Of a stretch of DNA of 17,129 nucleotides, positions 7,053-15,300 are shown one piece after another (within the stretch, counting starts at the first letter, position 1; each line of letters begins with the position of its first letter). A model generated the notes under the pieces. That model was given only the letters and a program-made list of their open reading frames with translations. It was not told the origin of the DNA and made no database searches. Origin of the DNA: a virus; the UHGV virus genome UHGV-0039940. One strand, 5' to 3'. The position numbers and the translations under genes were made by a program.

Positions 7053-7950
7053 TCTTGCAACCGTAACACATTTAAGGCCTTCACAACGGCCTGTGGAGCG
7101 TCGTGTGGCAGAAGTTGAAGATGGTTATACCCGTCTTGCAAATGCCCTGTATGAAGAGCTTATCGGCGCAGATTTAACGAAAAATCAGAGCAAGGTTGCC
7201 CACGCCATATGCCGTAAAACATACGGCTACGGTAAAAAGATGGATCGCATCTCTGATAGTCAGTTAGCTCAAATTACCAGGCTGCCAAGACAGAAGGTAA
7301 ACAAGGCCAAGAATGAGCTTATCGCGATGAAGGTTATCCTTCGCGAAGGCCAGCAAATCGGGCCTAACAAGAACATCGAGGAATGGCAAATCGAAGGGTG
7401 TCACTACTCTGGTGATAATGTCACTGCATTGGTGACAAAAAGTGTCACCAAAACGGTGACAGCGCTGTCACCAAAACAGGGACACACAAAAGAAACTATT
7501 ACAAAAGAAAAAAGAAAAGATTATTCGTCCGAGAATTCTGGCGAATCCTCTGACCAGCCAGAAAACGATCTTTCTGTGGTTAAACCGGATGCTGCAATTC
7601 AGAGCGGCAGCAAGTGGGGAACAGCAGAAGACCTGACCGCCGCAGAGTGGATGTTTGACATGGTGAAGACCATCGCACCATCAGCCAGAAAACCGAATTT
7701 TGCAGGGTGGGCTAACGATATCCGCCTGATGCGTGAACGTGACGGACGTAACCACCGCGATATGTGTGTGCTTTTCCGCTGGGCCTGCCAGGACAACTTC
7801 TGGTCCGGTAACGTGCTGAGTCCGGCCAAACTCCGCGACAAGTGGACCCAGCTCGAAATCAACCGTAACAAGCAACAGGCAGGCGTGACAGCCAGCAAAC
7901 CAAAACTCGACCTGACAAACACTGACTGGATTTACGGGGTGGATTTATGA
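7045..7950 (+). CDS. O: Replication initiator O (chimeric: heterologous N-terminal origin-binding domain, lambda-type C-terminal domain)
   Basis: 301-aa ORF; the C-terminal half (...[49 protein letters not shown]...DWIYGVDL) matches lambda O, the N-terminal half does not. Confidence 0.9.
7391..7525 (+). other. Replication origin inside O: GTGAC/GTCAC-type iterons followed by an AT-rich tract
   Basis: Repeated ggtgac/gtcacc units (ggtgacaaaaagtgtcacc, ggtgacagcgctgtcacc) then acacaaaagaaactattacaaaagaaaaaagaaaagattatt. Confidence 0.6.
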
Positions 7951-8540
7951 AAAACATCGCCGCACAGATGGTTAACTTTGACCGTGAGCAGATGCGTCGG
8001 ATCGCCAACAACATGCCGGAACAGTACGACGAAAAGCCGCAGGTACAACAGGTAGCGCAGATCATCAACGGTGTGTTCAGCCAGTTACTGGCAACTTTCC
8101 CGGCGAGTCTGGCTAACCGGGGCCAGAACGAACTGAATGAAATCCGCCGCCAGTGGGTTCTGGCTTTCCGGGAAAACGGGATCACCTCGATGGAACAGGT
8201 TAACGCAGGAATGCGCGTAGCCCGTCGGCAGAATCGACCATTTCTTCCATCACCCGGGCAGTTTGTTGCATGGTGCCGGGAAGAAGCATCCGTTATCGCC
8301 GGACTGCCAAACGTCAGCGAGCTGGTTGATATGGTTTACGAGTATTGCCGGAAGCGTGGCCTGTATCCGGATGCAGAGTCTTATCCGTGGAAATCAAACG
8401 CGCACTACTGGCTGGTTACCAACCTGTACCAGAACATGCGGGCCAATGCGCTGACTGACGCGGAATTACGGCGCAAGGCTGCCGATGAACTGACCTGTAA
8501 GCACGAATTAACCGTGGTGAGACGATACCTGAACCAGTAA
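7947..8540 (+). CDS. P: Replication protein P, truncated by a frameshift near 8493-8500 (C-terminal residues continue in another frame to 8644)
   Basis: [42 protein letters not shown]... matches lambda P up to ...RRKAADEL, then diverges to TCKHELTVVRRYLNQ-stop; the lambda-like ARINRGE.IPEPVKQLPVMGGRPLNRAQALAKIAEIKAKFGLKGASV is encoded in a different frame ending at 8642-8644. Confidence 0.8.
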   Translation: MKNIAAQMVNFDREQMRRIANNMPEQYDEKPQVQQVAQIINGVFSQLLATFPASLANRGQNELNEIRRQWVLAFRENGITSMEQVNAGMRVARRQNRPFLPSPGQFVAWCREEASVIAGLPNVSELVDMVYEYCRKRGLYPDAESYPWKSNAHYWLVTNLYQNMRANALTDAELRRKAADELTCKHELTVVRRYLNQ

Positions 8541-8640
8541 AACAACTTCCTGTCATGGGCGGCAGACCTCTAAATCGAGCACAGGCTCTGGCGAAGATCG
8601 CAGAAATTAAAGCTAAGTTCGGACTGAAAGGAGCAAGTGT

Positions 8641-8931
8641 ATGACGGGCAAAGAGGCAATTATTCATTACCTCGGGGCGCATAAGAACTTCTGTGCACAG
8701 GACGTTTCCGCGGTAACAGGCGCAACCGTAACCAGTATAAATCAGGCTGCGGCTAAAATGGCGCGGGCAGGAATCCTTGTCATTGATGGTAAGGTCTGGC
8801 GAACGGTGTATTACCGGTTTGCTACCAGGGAAGAACGGGAAGGAAAGGTGAGCACGAACCTGATTTTTAAGGAGTGTCGCCAGAGTGCAGTGATGAAACG
8901 GGTATTGGCGGTATATGGAGTTAAAAGATGA
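8641..8931 (+). CDS. ren: Ren (protects against Rex exclusion)
   Basis: 96-aa ORF MTGKEAIIHYLGAHKNFCAQDVSAVTGATVTSINQAAAKMARAGILVIDGKVWRTVYYRFATREEREGK... matches lambda Ren as I recall it. Confidence 0.85.
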   Translation: MTGKEAIIHYLGAHKNFCAQDVSAVTGATVTSINQAAAKMARAGILVIDGKVWRTVYYRFATREEREGKVSTNLIFKECRQSAVMKRVLAVYGVKR

Positions 8932-9020
8932 CCATCTACATCACTGAGCTTGTAACAGGCCTGCTGGTAATCGCAGGCCTTTTTATTTGGGGAAGAGTAA
9001 TTGGAGGCTTTAAGAAATGA
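8928..9020 (+). CDS. Small hydrophobic peptide (30 aa), translationally coupled to ren and the next gene
   Basis: ATG overlaps the ren stop (ATGA), GGAG 8 nt upstream; MTIYITELVTGLLVIAGLFIWGRVIGGFKK is a single predicted transmembrane segment; its stop overlaps the next ATG. Confidence 0.3.
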   Translation: MTIYITELVTGLLVIAGLFIWGRVIGGFKK

Positions 9021-9232
9021 GTACGATAGCTGAGCTTGTCAGGGCTAATTTTCGTGAAGAGTTGGTGCGTTGGTATCGGTATCGTTCATCGTCCAGTTTG
9101 CCGCTTGATGAGTTGTATGAGCATTCACCTGCCGCACGACGCTATCCGCGTGACCGTGTTCTTCGACGGTTGTTCAAACTCAACAATGAGTTTCAGCGCA
9201 ACAGAATTATCCGGAGTCTGGATTTAAAGTGA
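9017..9232 (+). CDS. Hypothetical protein (71 aa), nin-region small ORF
   Basis: ORF MSTIAELVRANFREELVRWYRYRSSSSLPLDELYEHSPAARRYPRDRVLRRLFKLNNEFQRNRIIRSLDLK in the coupled gene string after ren. Confidence 0.5.
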   Translation: MSTIAELVRANFREELVRWYRYRSSSSLPLDELYEHSPAARRYPRDRVLRRLFKLNNEFQRNRIIRSLDLK

Positions 9233-9242
9233 AGGAGTGAGC

Positions 9243-9479
9243 ATGAGCGACCTATCATTAACCCAGCCAAAGCTAAAAGAATGTCCGTTTTGCGGCGGTA
9301 ATGCTCGTCTGTGGGTTGAGGCCGGAATAAATATTGATGTGTGGGGCTATGCAGAATGTGACCTCTGTGAAGCCAGGGGGGCGTGGGCACCATCAGTTGC
9401 TGCGGCGGCTGAAAAATGGAACCGGAGAGCAGGAGATGAAGCAAACCTTTCTGCTTCGCAACGAAGCAATCAGAAATAA
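9243..9479 (+). CDS. Lar-family restriction-alleviation-like protein (zinc-ribbon CxxC...CxxC)
   Basis: ATG at 9243 after GAAGGA; MSDLSLTQPKLKECPFCGGNARLWVEAG...YAECDLCEARGAWAPSVAAAAEKWNRR has the two Cys pairs and EKWNRR motif typical of Lar/RalR-type proteins as I recall them. Confidence 0.55.
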   Translation: MSDLSLTQPKLKECPFCGGNARLWVEAGINIDVWGYAECDLCEARGAWAPSVAAAAEKWNRRAGDEANLSASQRSNQK

Positions 9480-9882
9480 CGCCATAGACGCCATTCTCTC
9501 ACTACCCATCGACGACAAGTCACCCCACGAAGTCCACGTTAAAGAACCCAAGCGTAGCAAAGCGCAGAATGACCGTATGTGGCCGATGCTGAACGATGTT
9601 TCGCGTCAGGTGCTATGGCATGGTCAACGGCTGGCGCCGGAAGACTGGAAAGACCTGTTCACTGCCCTGTGGCTTAAGACCAAAAAACTGGAGCAACGAA
9701 GTGCGCCTGGTATCGGCGGTGGCGTTGTCATGCTTGGTGTGCGCACCAGCAAAATGCGGAAGGCCAGCATGACTGAGCTTATCGAAATCATGTTCTGGTT
9801 CGGCTCAGAGCGCAACGTGCGGTGGAGTGATGACTCCTGGCGAGAGTATGAATGGTCACAACGAAAAGGGAAGGCTGCATGA
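9436..9882 (+). CDS. ninB: NinB (Orf recombination mediator family)
   Basis: 148-aa ORF from MKQTFLLRNEAIRNNAIDAILSLP... with DVSRQVLWHGQ..., KMRKASMTELIEIMFWFGSERNVRWSD resembling lambda NinB; overlaps the Lar-like gene by 44 nt. Confidence 0.75.
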   Translation: MKQTFLLRNEAIRNNAIDAILSLPIDDKSPHEVHVKEPKRSKAQNDRMWPMLNDVSRQVLWHGQRLAPEDWKDLFTALWLKTKKLEQRSAPGIGGGVVMLGVRTSKMRKASMTELIEIMFWFGSERNVRWSDDSWREYEWSQRKGKAA

Positions 9883-10406
9883 CTATCAAATCAAATACGC
9901 CAGCACACGACAAGGACTGCTGGCAAACGCCGCTTTGGCTTTTTGATGTACTGGATATTGAGTTTGGATTCTGGCTGGATTCGGCAGCGAGCGACAAAAA
10001 TGCTCTGTGTGCTCACTGGCTAACTGAGGCCGACGACGCGCTCAATTCTGAGTGGGTAAGCCACGGTGCAATCTGGAATAACCCACCGTACAGCAATATC
10101 AGGCCGTGGGTGGAAAAAGCCGCTGAGCAGTGCATACAACAACGACAGACGGTAGTGATGCTTGTGCCAGAGGATATGTCTGTCGGATGGTTCAGTAAGG
10201 CTCTGGAGAGTGTTGACGAAGTTCGCATCATCACTGATGGACGGATTAATTTTATCGAACCATCGACAGGGCTGGAGAAGAAGGGAAACAGCAAAGGTTC
10301 CATGCTGCTGATTTGGCGACCGTTCATCAGTCCTCGACGGATGTTTACTACCGTATCCAAAGCGGCATTGATGGCGATCGGGCAGGGCGTCAGGAGGGCG
10401 GCATGA
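9879..10406 (+). CDS. Orphan phage DNA N6-adenine methyltransferase
   Basis: ATG overlaps the ninB stop (ATGA); the protein contains the motif IWNNPPYSN (NPPY catalytic motif of N6-adenine methyltransferases). Confidence 0.8.
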   Translation: MTIKSNTPAHDKDCWQTPLWLFDVLDIEFGFWLDSAASDKNALCAHWLTEADDALNSEWVSHGAIWNNPPYSNIRPWVEKAAEQCIQQRQTVVMLVPEDMSVGWFSKALESVDEVRIITDGRINFIEPSTGLEKKGNSKGSMLLIWRPFISPRRMFTTVSKAALMAIGQGVRRAA

Positions 10407-10585
10407 GGCGACAGCGACGAAGTATCACCGACATCATCTGCGAAAACTGCAAATACCTTCCAACGAAACGCTCCAGAAATAAACCCAGGCCAATCCCAAA
10501 AGAATCTGACGTTAAAACCTTCAATTACACGGCTCACCTGTGGGATATCCGGTGGCTAAGACATCGTGCGAGGAAAACAAGGTGA
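10403..10585 (+). CDS. ninE: NinE
   Basis: 60-aa [63 protein letters not shown] matches lambda NinE; ATG overlaps the methylase stop. Confidence 0.85.
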   Translation: MRRQRRSITDIICENCKYLPTKRSRNKPRPIPKESDVKTFNYTAHLWDIRWLRHRARKTR

Positions 10586-10645
10586 TTGACGTGATGATTT
10601 ATTCGGGGCTATATTCCTCACGCGCCAGCAAAATCTGGCGTCGGG

Positions 10646-10845
10646 ATTAGGAACCCCGGATAGAAACCGCGACAGAGACACGCCGCGAGCGTGTTTTTTA
10701 TTGTCGTATGCACACGCACATCTGAATTATGGTGGGGCGTATAGGGGAGCTGAAAAGCTCGCCGGTTGGTTTCCCGGTAGTTCCTAACCCTGTACGTCTC
10801 GCCACCCGATGATTAGGAACCTGACGGTGGTGATAGTTTAGAAAC
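10646..10845 (+). promoter_or_regulatory. Repeat-containing leader upstream of the ORF6N-like gene (ttaggaacc motifs in direct and inverted orientation)
   Basis: gattaggaacc at 10646-10656 and 10811-10821, inverted gttcctaacc at 10780-10789; tagaaacc at 10661-10668 and 10838-10845; candidate promoter TTGTCG (10701-10706) / AATTAT (10725-10730). Confidence 0.4.
10678..10700 (+). terminator. Rho-independent terminator after ninE
   Basis: ACACGC-cgcga-GCGTGT followed by TTTTTTATT. Confidence 0.6.
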
Positions 10846-10862
10846 CACTCGAGGGCGTCATT

Positions 10863-11546
10863 ATGACAACTCAAGTTTCTGTTGAAACACTCTCCACGAT
10901 TACTTACAAGCAGATCCCCGTTATCACTACCGAACTTTTGGCGCACCTTTACGGCACAGAAGCTATTCGTATTCGCCAGAATCACCACGAAAACAAAGGT
11001 CGTTTCATTGAGGAAAAACACTTCTTCAAACTTGAAGGTGAAACTTTACGTGAGTTCAAGCACAGAGTAGCTTTTAACTACTCTGTGAAAATTGCCCGTA
11101 ACGTTCGCTCCCTCATCCTATGGACAGAACGCGGCGCAGCCCGTCATGCAAAAATGCTCGAAACCGATCGGGCGTGGGAAGTGTTCGAAAAACTGGAAGA
11201 CTGCTATTTCAGCCAGTGCGAGAAAAATACTGGCAAACAAGAGAAGAAGCCCAACGGGCTTTCCGCAAAAGAAACAGACAGCCTTGTATGGCTGTGGGAT
11301 TATGCCAACCGCTCACAGGCATTGTTCCGTGAGTTGTATCCCGCATTAAAACTGATTCAGTCTGGCTATTCCGGCATATGCCACGACTACGGCTATGAGT
11401 TCTCGTATATCATCGGGAGGGCGAGGGGCGTTTTAATTAATCACACGCGGGATATAGATATTTATGAGCCTGACGGGCCGACGAACCTTCTGGCATGGGA
11501 AAGGCTTAAGAACAAAGAGTTGCCGCCTTCACTGCATCGCTACTGA
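10863..11546 (+). CDS. ORF6N-domain-like protein (antirepressor-associated family), terminator-bracketed moron
   Basis: 227-aa ORF with GAGGG RBS; N-terminal part (...[50 protein letters not shown]...) resembles the ORF6N domain as I recall it; flanked by terminators at 10678-10700 and 11563-11590. Confidence 0.6.
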   Translation: MTTQVSVETLSTITYKQIPVITTELLAHLYGTEAIRIRQNHHENKGRFIEEKHFFKLEGETLREFKHRVAFNYSVKIARNVRSLILWTERGAARHAKMLETDRAWEVFEKLEDCYFSQCEKNTGKQEKKPNGLSAKETDSLVWLWDYANRSQALFRELYPALKLIQSGYSGICHDYGYEFSYIIGRARGVLINHTRDIDIYEPDGPTNLLAWERLKNKELPPSLHRY

Positions 11547-11562
11547 CAATTGACAACTTAAC

Positions 11563-11590
11563 AAACCCAGCTTCGGCTGGGTTTTTTATT
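11563..11590 (+). terminator. Rho-independent terminator after the ORF6N-like gene
   Basis: CCCAGC-ttcg-GCTGGG followed by TTTTTTATT. Confidence 0.7.
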
Positions 11591-11620
11591 GCTGAATTTT
11601 CAATATGAGAGGACATGACA

Positions 11621-12343
11621 ATGAATGAGCTGATAAATAGCAACGTCATCAAAATGACAAGCATTGAAATCGCTGAGTTGGTGGGAAGCCAACACGGTAA
11701 TGTCAGAATATCAATAGAACGTCTGGCAAAGCGTGGGGTGATTCAACTTCCTCCAATGCAAAAAGTTGAAAATAAACAAACAATTAGCCCTAACAAATTC
11801 ACAAGCGTGTATATATTCGAAGGCGAACAAGGTAAGCGAGACAGCATTATTGTCGTCGCTCAGTTGTCGCCGGAATTCACCGCTCGTCTTGTTGACCGTT
11901 GGCGAGAACTCGAAGGGGCAACCGCGAAAATACCACAAACCTTTTCTGAGGCATTGCGCCTTGCGGCCGACCTTGAAGACCAGAAGGCTGAACTGGAGAA
12001 ACAGCTTGCTCTCGCAGCACCTAAAGTTGAGTTTGCCGATCGCGTTGGCGAGGCCAGCGGAATTTTGATTGGAAACTATGCAAAGGTTGTTGGAATTGGT
12101 CCAAACAAACTGTTTGCGTGGATGCGCGATCACAAAATCCTTATTACTTCAGGTGCCCGGCGCAATGTGCCAATGCAGGAATATATGGAGCGCGGCTATT
12201 TCACAGTGAAAGAAACAGCGGTCAACACAAATCACGGAATACAGATATCGTTCACCACAAAAATCACCGGGCGTGGTCAACAGTGGCTGACCAGAAAGCT
12301 GCTCGATAACGGAATGCTGAAAGTAACAGGGGAGGCTGCTTAA
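11621..12343 (+). CDS. roi: Rha/KilA-C family regulatory protein (Roi-like, antirepressor family)
   Basis: [48 protein letters not shown]... (ATG at 11621, 7 nt after GAGAGGA; alternative ATG at 11615); N-terminal Rha-like and C-terminal KilA-C-like segments as I recall HK022 Roi-type proteins. Confidence 0.65.
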   Translation: MNELINSNVIKMTSIEIAELVGSQHGNVRISIERLAKRGVIQLPPMQKVENKQTISPNKFTSVYIFEGEQGKRDSIIVVAQLSPEFTARLVDRWRELEGATAKIPQTFSEALRLAADLEDQKAELEKQLALAAPKVEFADRVGEASGILIGNYAKVVGIGPNKLFAWMRDHKILITSGARRNVPMQEYMERGYFTVKETAVNTNHGIQISFTTKITGRGQQWLTRKLLDNGMLKVTGEAA

Positions 12344-12948
12344 TGGCTAAACCAGCGCGAAGGAAATGCAAAATATGCAAAGAATGGTTTCACCCGGCAT
12401 TCTCAAATCAGTGGTGGTGCTGCCCGGAACACGGAACTCAATTAGCACTCGAACGACGAAGTAAAGAACGCGAAAAAGCGGAAAAAGCAGCAGAGAAGAA
12501 ACGACGACGAGAGGAGCAGAAACAGAAAGATAAACTGAAGATTCGAAAACTCGCCTTAAAGCCCCGCAGTTACTGGATTAAACAAGCCCAACAAGCCGTA
12601 AACGCCTTCATCAGAGAAAGAGACCGCGACTTACCATGTATCTCGTGCGGAACGCTCACGTCTGCTCAGTGGGATGCCGGACATTACCGGACAACTGCTG
12701 CGGCACCTCAACTCCGATTTGATGAACGCAATATTCACAAGCAATGCGTGGTGTGCAACCAGCACAAAAGCGGAAATCTCGTTCCGTATCGCGTCGAACT
12801 GATTAGCCGCATCGGGCAGGAAGCAGTAGATGAAATCGAATCAAACCATAACCGCCATCGCTGGACTGTCGAAGAGTGCAGGGCCATCAAGGCAGAGTAC
12901 CAACAGAAACTCAAAGACCTGCGAAACAGCAGAAGTGAGGCCGCATGA
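12343..12948 (+). CDS. ninG: NinG (Rap recombination endonuclease)
   Basis: 201-aa [69 protein letters not shown]... matches lambda NinG closely. Confidence 0.9.
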   Translation: MAKPARRKCKICKEWFHPAFSNQWWCCPEHGTQLALERRSKEREKAEKAAEKKRRREEQKQKDKLKIRKLALKPRSYWIKQAQQAVNAFIRERDRDLPCISCGTLTSAQWDAGHYRTTAAAPQLRFDERNIHKQCVVCNQHKSGNLVPYRVELISRIGQEAVDEIESNHNRHRWTVEECRAIKAEYQQKLKDLRNSRSEAA

Positions 12949-12991
12949 CGCTCTCAGTAAAAACCATTCCAGATAACAAGGGAGAAGTCGC

Positions 12992-13510
12992 ATGGGCATA
13001 AGAGAACTAAACCTCACCAAAGAACAGCACGATTGGCTGAATGGCTGGCTTGAACTGTGGGGCGCATGGGTTTATTCAGGTCGTCTGGAAAAGCGCATGA
13101 GCAGCGTAATAGCGAAGTTCATGGAGAGCGTAGAGCCGGGAAGAGTTATGACAAGACCAATGTGTAATGATGATGATGGAATGTTGATTTCTCAGGTCGT
13201 CGATTCCGTCATGTACATTGACAAGAAAGCCTTTGGCATCCTCCTCAGCTACTACGCTCATGGTTCATCTAAGAGAGCAATTGCATCCTACTATCACGCG
13301 ACTGCAAAGCCACGCAAGATGTGTGGACGCGGTGGCGAGGGATGGAGAAAACCTTCACTGGCAACCTGTAGAAACGAAATTGACGATATCCTGAAAGCGT
13401 CATTATTTGTTTTGTACCAACCAATGCAAAATGCTTTCAAAATGCGTAAACGTGTTGAGAAAGTTAAGCATGTTGCTGTTAAAAGCCTTGACATGCAATT
13501 AGCCATTTAG
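12992..13510 (+). CDS. Late-gene antiterminator Q (Q82/QuuD-like family, not lambda Q type)
   Basis: 172-aa ORF after AAGGGAGA; LELWGAWVYSG...RPMCNDDDGMLISQVVD...LLSYYAHGSS echoes the WGAW...RPQCCDDDAMII...LLVDYYV pattern of QuuD-type antiterminators as I recall them; position after ninG fits Q. Confidence 0.7.
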   Translation: MGIRELNLTKEQHDWLNGWLELWGAWVYSGRLEKRMSSVIAKFMESVEPGRVMTRPMCNDDDGMLISQVVDSVMYIDKKAFGILLSYYAHGSSKRAIASYYHATAKPRKMCGRGGEGWRKPSLATCRNEIDDILKASLFVLYQPMQNAFKMRKRVEKVKHVAVKSLDMQLAI

Positions 13511-13599
13511 CCATAATTAGAGGGTAAGCTGCCGTTAGTGACTCTTAAGTTGCAACGGTGGCTTTTTTTATTTGGGTCAGTCGTATAAAGGTCATTACG

Positions 13600-13648
13600 G
13601 AAGGCTGTTAACCTTCTTATCGTGGTTCGATTCCCGCTACCCGCTCCA
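13600..13648 (+). other. tRNA-like fragment (3' two-thirds of a decayed tRNA: anticodon arm with GUU, T-loop, CCA)
   Basis: Anticodon stem-loop gaagg-CTGTTAA-ccttc (13600-13616), T-loop G-TTCGATT-C (13625-13633), CCA at 13646-13648; T-stem and acceptor stem do not close and no 5' half pairs. Confidence 0.3.
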
Positions 13649-13816
13649 GATTTATTATCAGGCTCGCTTCGGCGGGCTTTTTTTGTATCTGCGCCACGCC
13701 CGGCGCATATCAACCACAGAGCCTTTCGGGGGTGAGCTTACGGAGTGGTCAGTGTGACTTTCTCTGTGGGCAGATCGCTCCCGGGCGTTGGCTCACCCAC
13801 CCAAAGGAACGTCACG

Positions 13817-14248
13817 ATGTTTGGTATTTTTGGTAAAAAAGCCCGCCGAGCGGCAGTGGAAATTAAAAAGTTTGAGAAACGTGATCTGGCACAGGCGGTT
13901 ATTAATGCTGCCTATCTGGTGGCCTATGCAGATGGTGAATGTGAGGCTTCAGAGAAAGCGAAGATCGAGCAGGTCTTGCGTAACCAGCCTGCGTTGTCCG
14001 CGTTTACGTCAGAAATTAATGCGATTAGCGCAACCATTATCGGTCAGCTGGATACGAACTTTAAAATTGGTCGTCGAGCGGCGTTACGTGAGATCGAGGA
14101 TGTGAAACACGATACGCGTGAAGCGGAAGACGTGCTGGATGTGGCGGTGGCCATTGCCGAAGCAGACGGCGAAATAGAGCCGGAAGAGCGCAAGGTGCTG
14201 GAAGAGATTGCCGGTGTCCTGGGCCTTCGTCTGGAGAATCATCTGTGA
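13817..14248 (+). CDS. TerB-like (tellurite-resistance TerB family-like) protein, 143 aa
   Basis: ATG at 13817 after AAGGAA; MFGIFGKKARRAAVEIKKFEKRDLAQAVINAAYLVAYADGECEASEKAKIEQVL...VAVAIAEADGEIEPEERKVLEEIAGVLGL shows two helix-ADGE-helix repeats typical of TerB-like domains as I recall them. Confidence 0.55.
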   Translation: MFGIFGKKARRAAVEIKKFEKRDLAQAVINAAYLVAYADGECEASEKAKIEQVLRNQPALSAFTSEINAISATIIGQLDTNFKIGRRAALREIEDVKHDTREAEDVLDVAVAIAEADGEIEPEERKVLEEIAGVLGLRLENHL

Positions 14249-14256
14249 CGGTAAAA

Positions 14257-14409
14257 ATGCGTCTGGCTGTGGTTGCGCTCCTGCTGTTTCTGGTGGTGAT
14301 GGTGGACTTCAGCAGCCGGATAATGTCAGTGCTGGCTGACGGTGTGCTGGTGGCGGGTGTGGTGGTTGTTGCTTTCCCGTTGCTGAAAAAGAAAGCATCA
14401 GGCGATTAG
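14257..14409 (+). CDS. Small membrane protein (50 aa, two hydrophobic segments) coupled to the TerB-like gene
   Basis: MRLAVVALLLFLVVMVDFSSRIMSVLADGVLVAGVVVVAFPLLKKKASGD; an in-frame GTG at 14245 overlapping the TerB-like stop is an alternative start with GGAG 8 nt upstream. Confidence 0.35.
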   Translation: MRLAVVALLLFLVVMVDFSSRIMSVLADGVLVAGVVVVAFPLLKKKASGD

Positions 14410-14648
14410 CAGGGTATCAGTTACCCGTTGAAATTTTTAAATACCTCACAATTCAGGCGGTTGACTGTTGTCTGGTTTGCGGGGAGTTTGTTAAAAGAAA
14501 CTGGCATGGTGAATCCCCCTGTGCGGAGGGGCAATCAGCAACTGGTGTTTTGTCACCGACCCTTATCCTTTCTGTGCGGGTTCAGGTGCTGATACTGAAC
14601 TCACCGGGAGGCACCCGGCACCATGCAATGGCACATAGCGCCACTCTC

Positions 14649-14684
14649 CAGCCCCTCTCCGGAGGGGCTGTTTATATTGATTTT
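14649..14684 (+). terminator. Strong rho-independent terminator
   Basis: CAGCCCCTC-tccg-GAGGGGCTG followed by TTTATATTGATTTT. Confidence 0.6.
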
Positions 14685-14704
14685 GTCAGATGTGAGTAAA
14701 CTCC

Positions 14705-15040
14705 TTATGGACTTTGTTGTTTTAGTCCATAAGGACATATTTGCAGAGTGCAACGGTTATTAAAGCATTCATTCAATACGTTATCTGTATTTGTAGGGCA
14801 TTCCTGGCTGTTTTTGATTAAATTCCAGAATTTTTTATTGAATGGTACTACGTTGTAAATGGTTACAGGTAGCACTTTGTTATTGAGCATGATACCTGTG
14901 TGAGTCAGTGTAAATATACTTTCAGGAGGTAAGAAAGCATCCGATTGATACCAGATTATTAATTTTATTTTACTCCATATGACTGAAAAAGATATTCCGC
15001 ATGATGGCTGGATAACTGTATCAATCACAATCCACTTCAT
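14705..15040 (-). CDS. Hypothetical Cys-rich protein (111 aa) in an AT-rich island, convergent with the late operon
   Basis: ORF with AAGGAAA about 5 nt upstream of the ATG at 15040; strongly AT-rich; no family recognised. Confidence 0.3.
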   Translation of the reverse strand: MKWIVIDTVIQPSCGISFSVIWSKIKLIIWYQSDAFLPPESIFTLTHTGIMLNNKVLPVTIYNVVPFNKKFWNLIKNSQECPTNTDNVLNECFNNRCTLQICPYGLKQQSP

Positions 15041-15300
15041 TTAGTTTCCTTGTTTATGTCTTGCTGGTGATGTTCTGAAAAGTATAAATGATATTTTTGA
15101 ATGTAAACCATAGAGCAGAATTATTTTTCTGATGTTGTTTATTGTTTATTTAAATGCAGGGTGGTTTATATCTCGTCTTGTAGTTTACCCATGCATATCT
15201 GCTTGATGATGAGGTTTTTATTTAAGGTATGGTTTTGTGTTTTTTCTGTATTACATGTCAGGTATTTTAAAGAATTATTTTTCAGATGGTGGAAAGAACC

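Noticed and set aside
7599-8185. Minus-strand ORFs antisense to O and P (7599-7922, 7681-7875, 7859-8185)
   Set aside because: Embedded antisense in well-supported O and P genes; no RBS support.
9788-10537. Minus-strand ORFs 9788-9997 and 10013-10537
   Set aside because: Antisense to the ninB/methylase/ninE string, which is supported by homology and coupled starts.
11711-12309. ORFs 11711-12133 (-), 11766-12068 (+) and 12118-12309 (+)
   Set aside because: Lie within the Roi-like gene in other frames or antisense.
13600-13648. Functional tRNA-Asn (GUU) gene
   Set aside because: Anticodon arm, T-loop and CCA are present but the T-stem pairs at only two positions and no acceptor stem or D-arm can be formed; reported only as a tRNA-like fragment.
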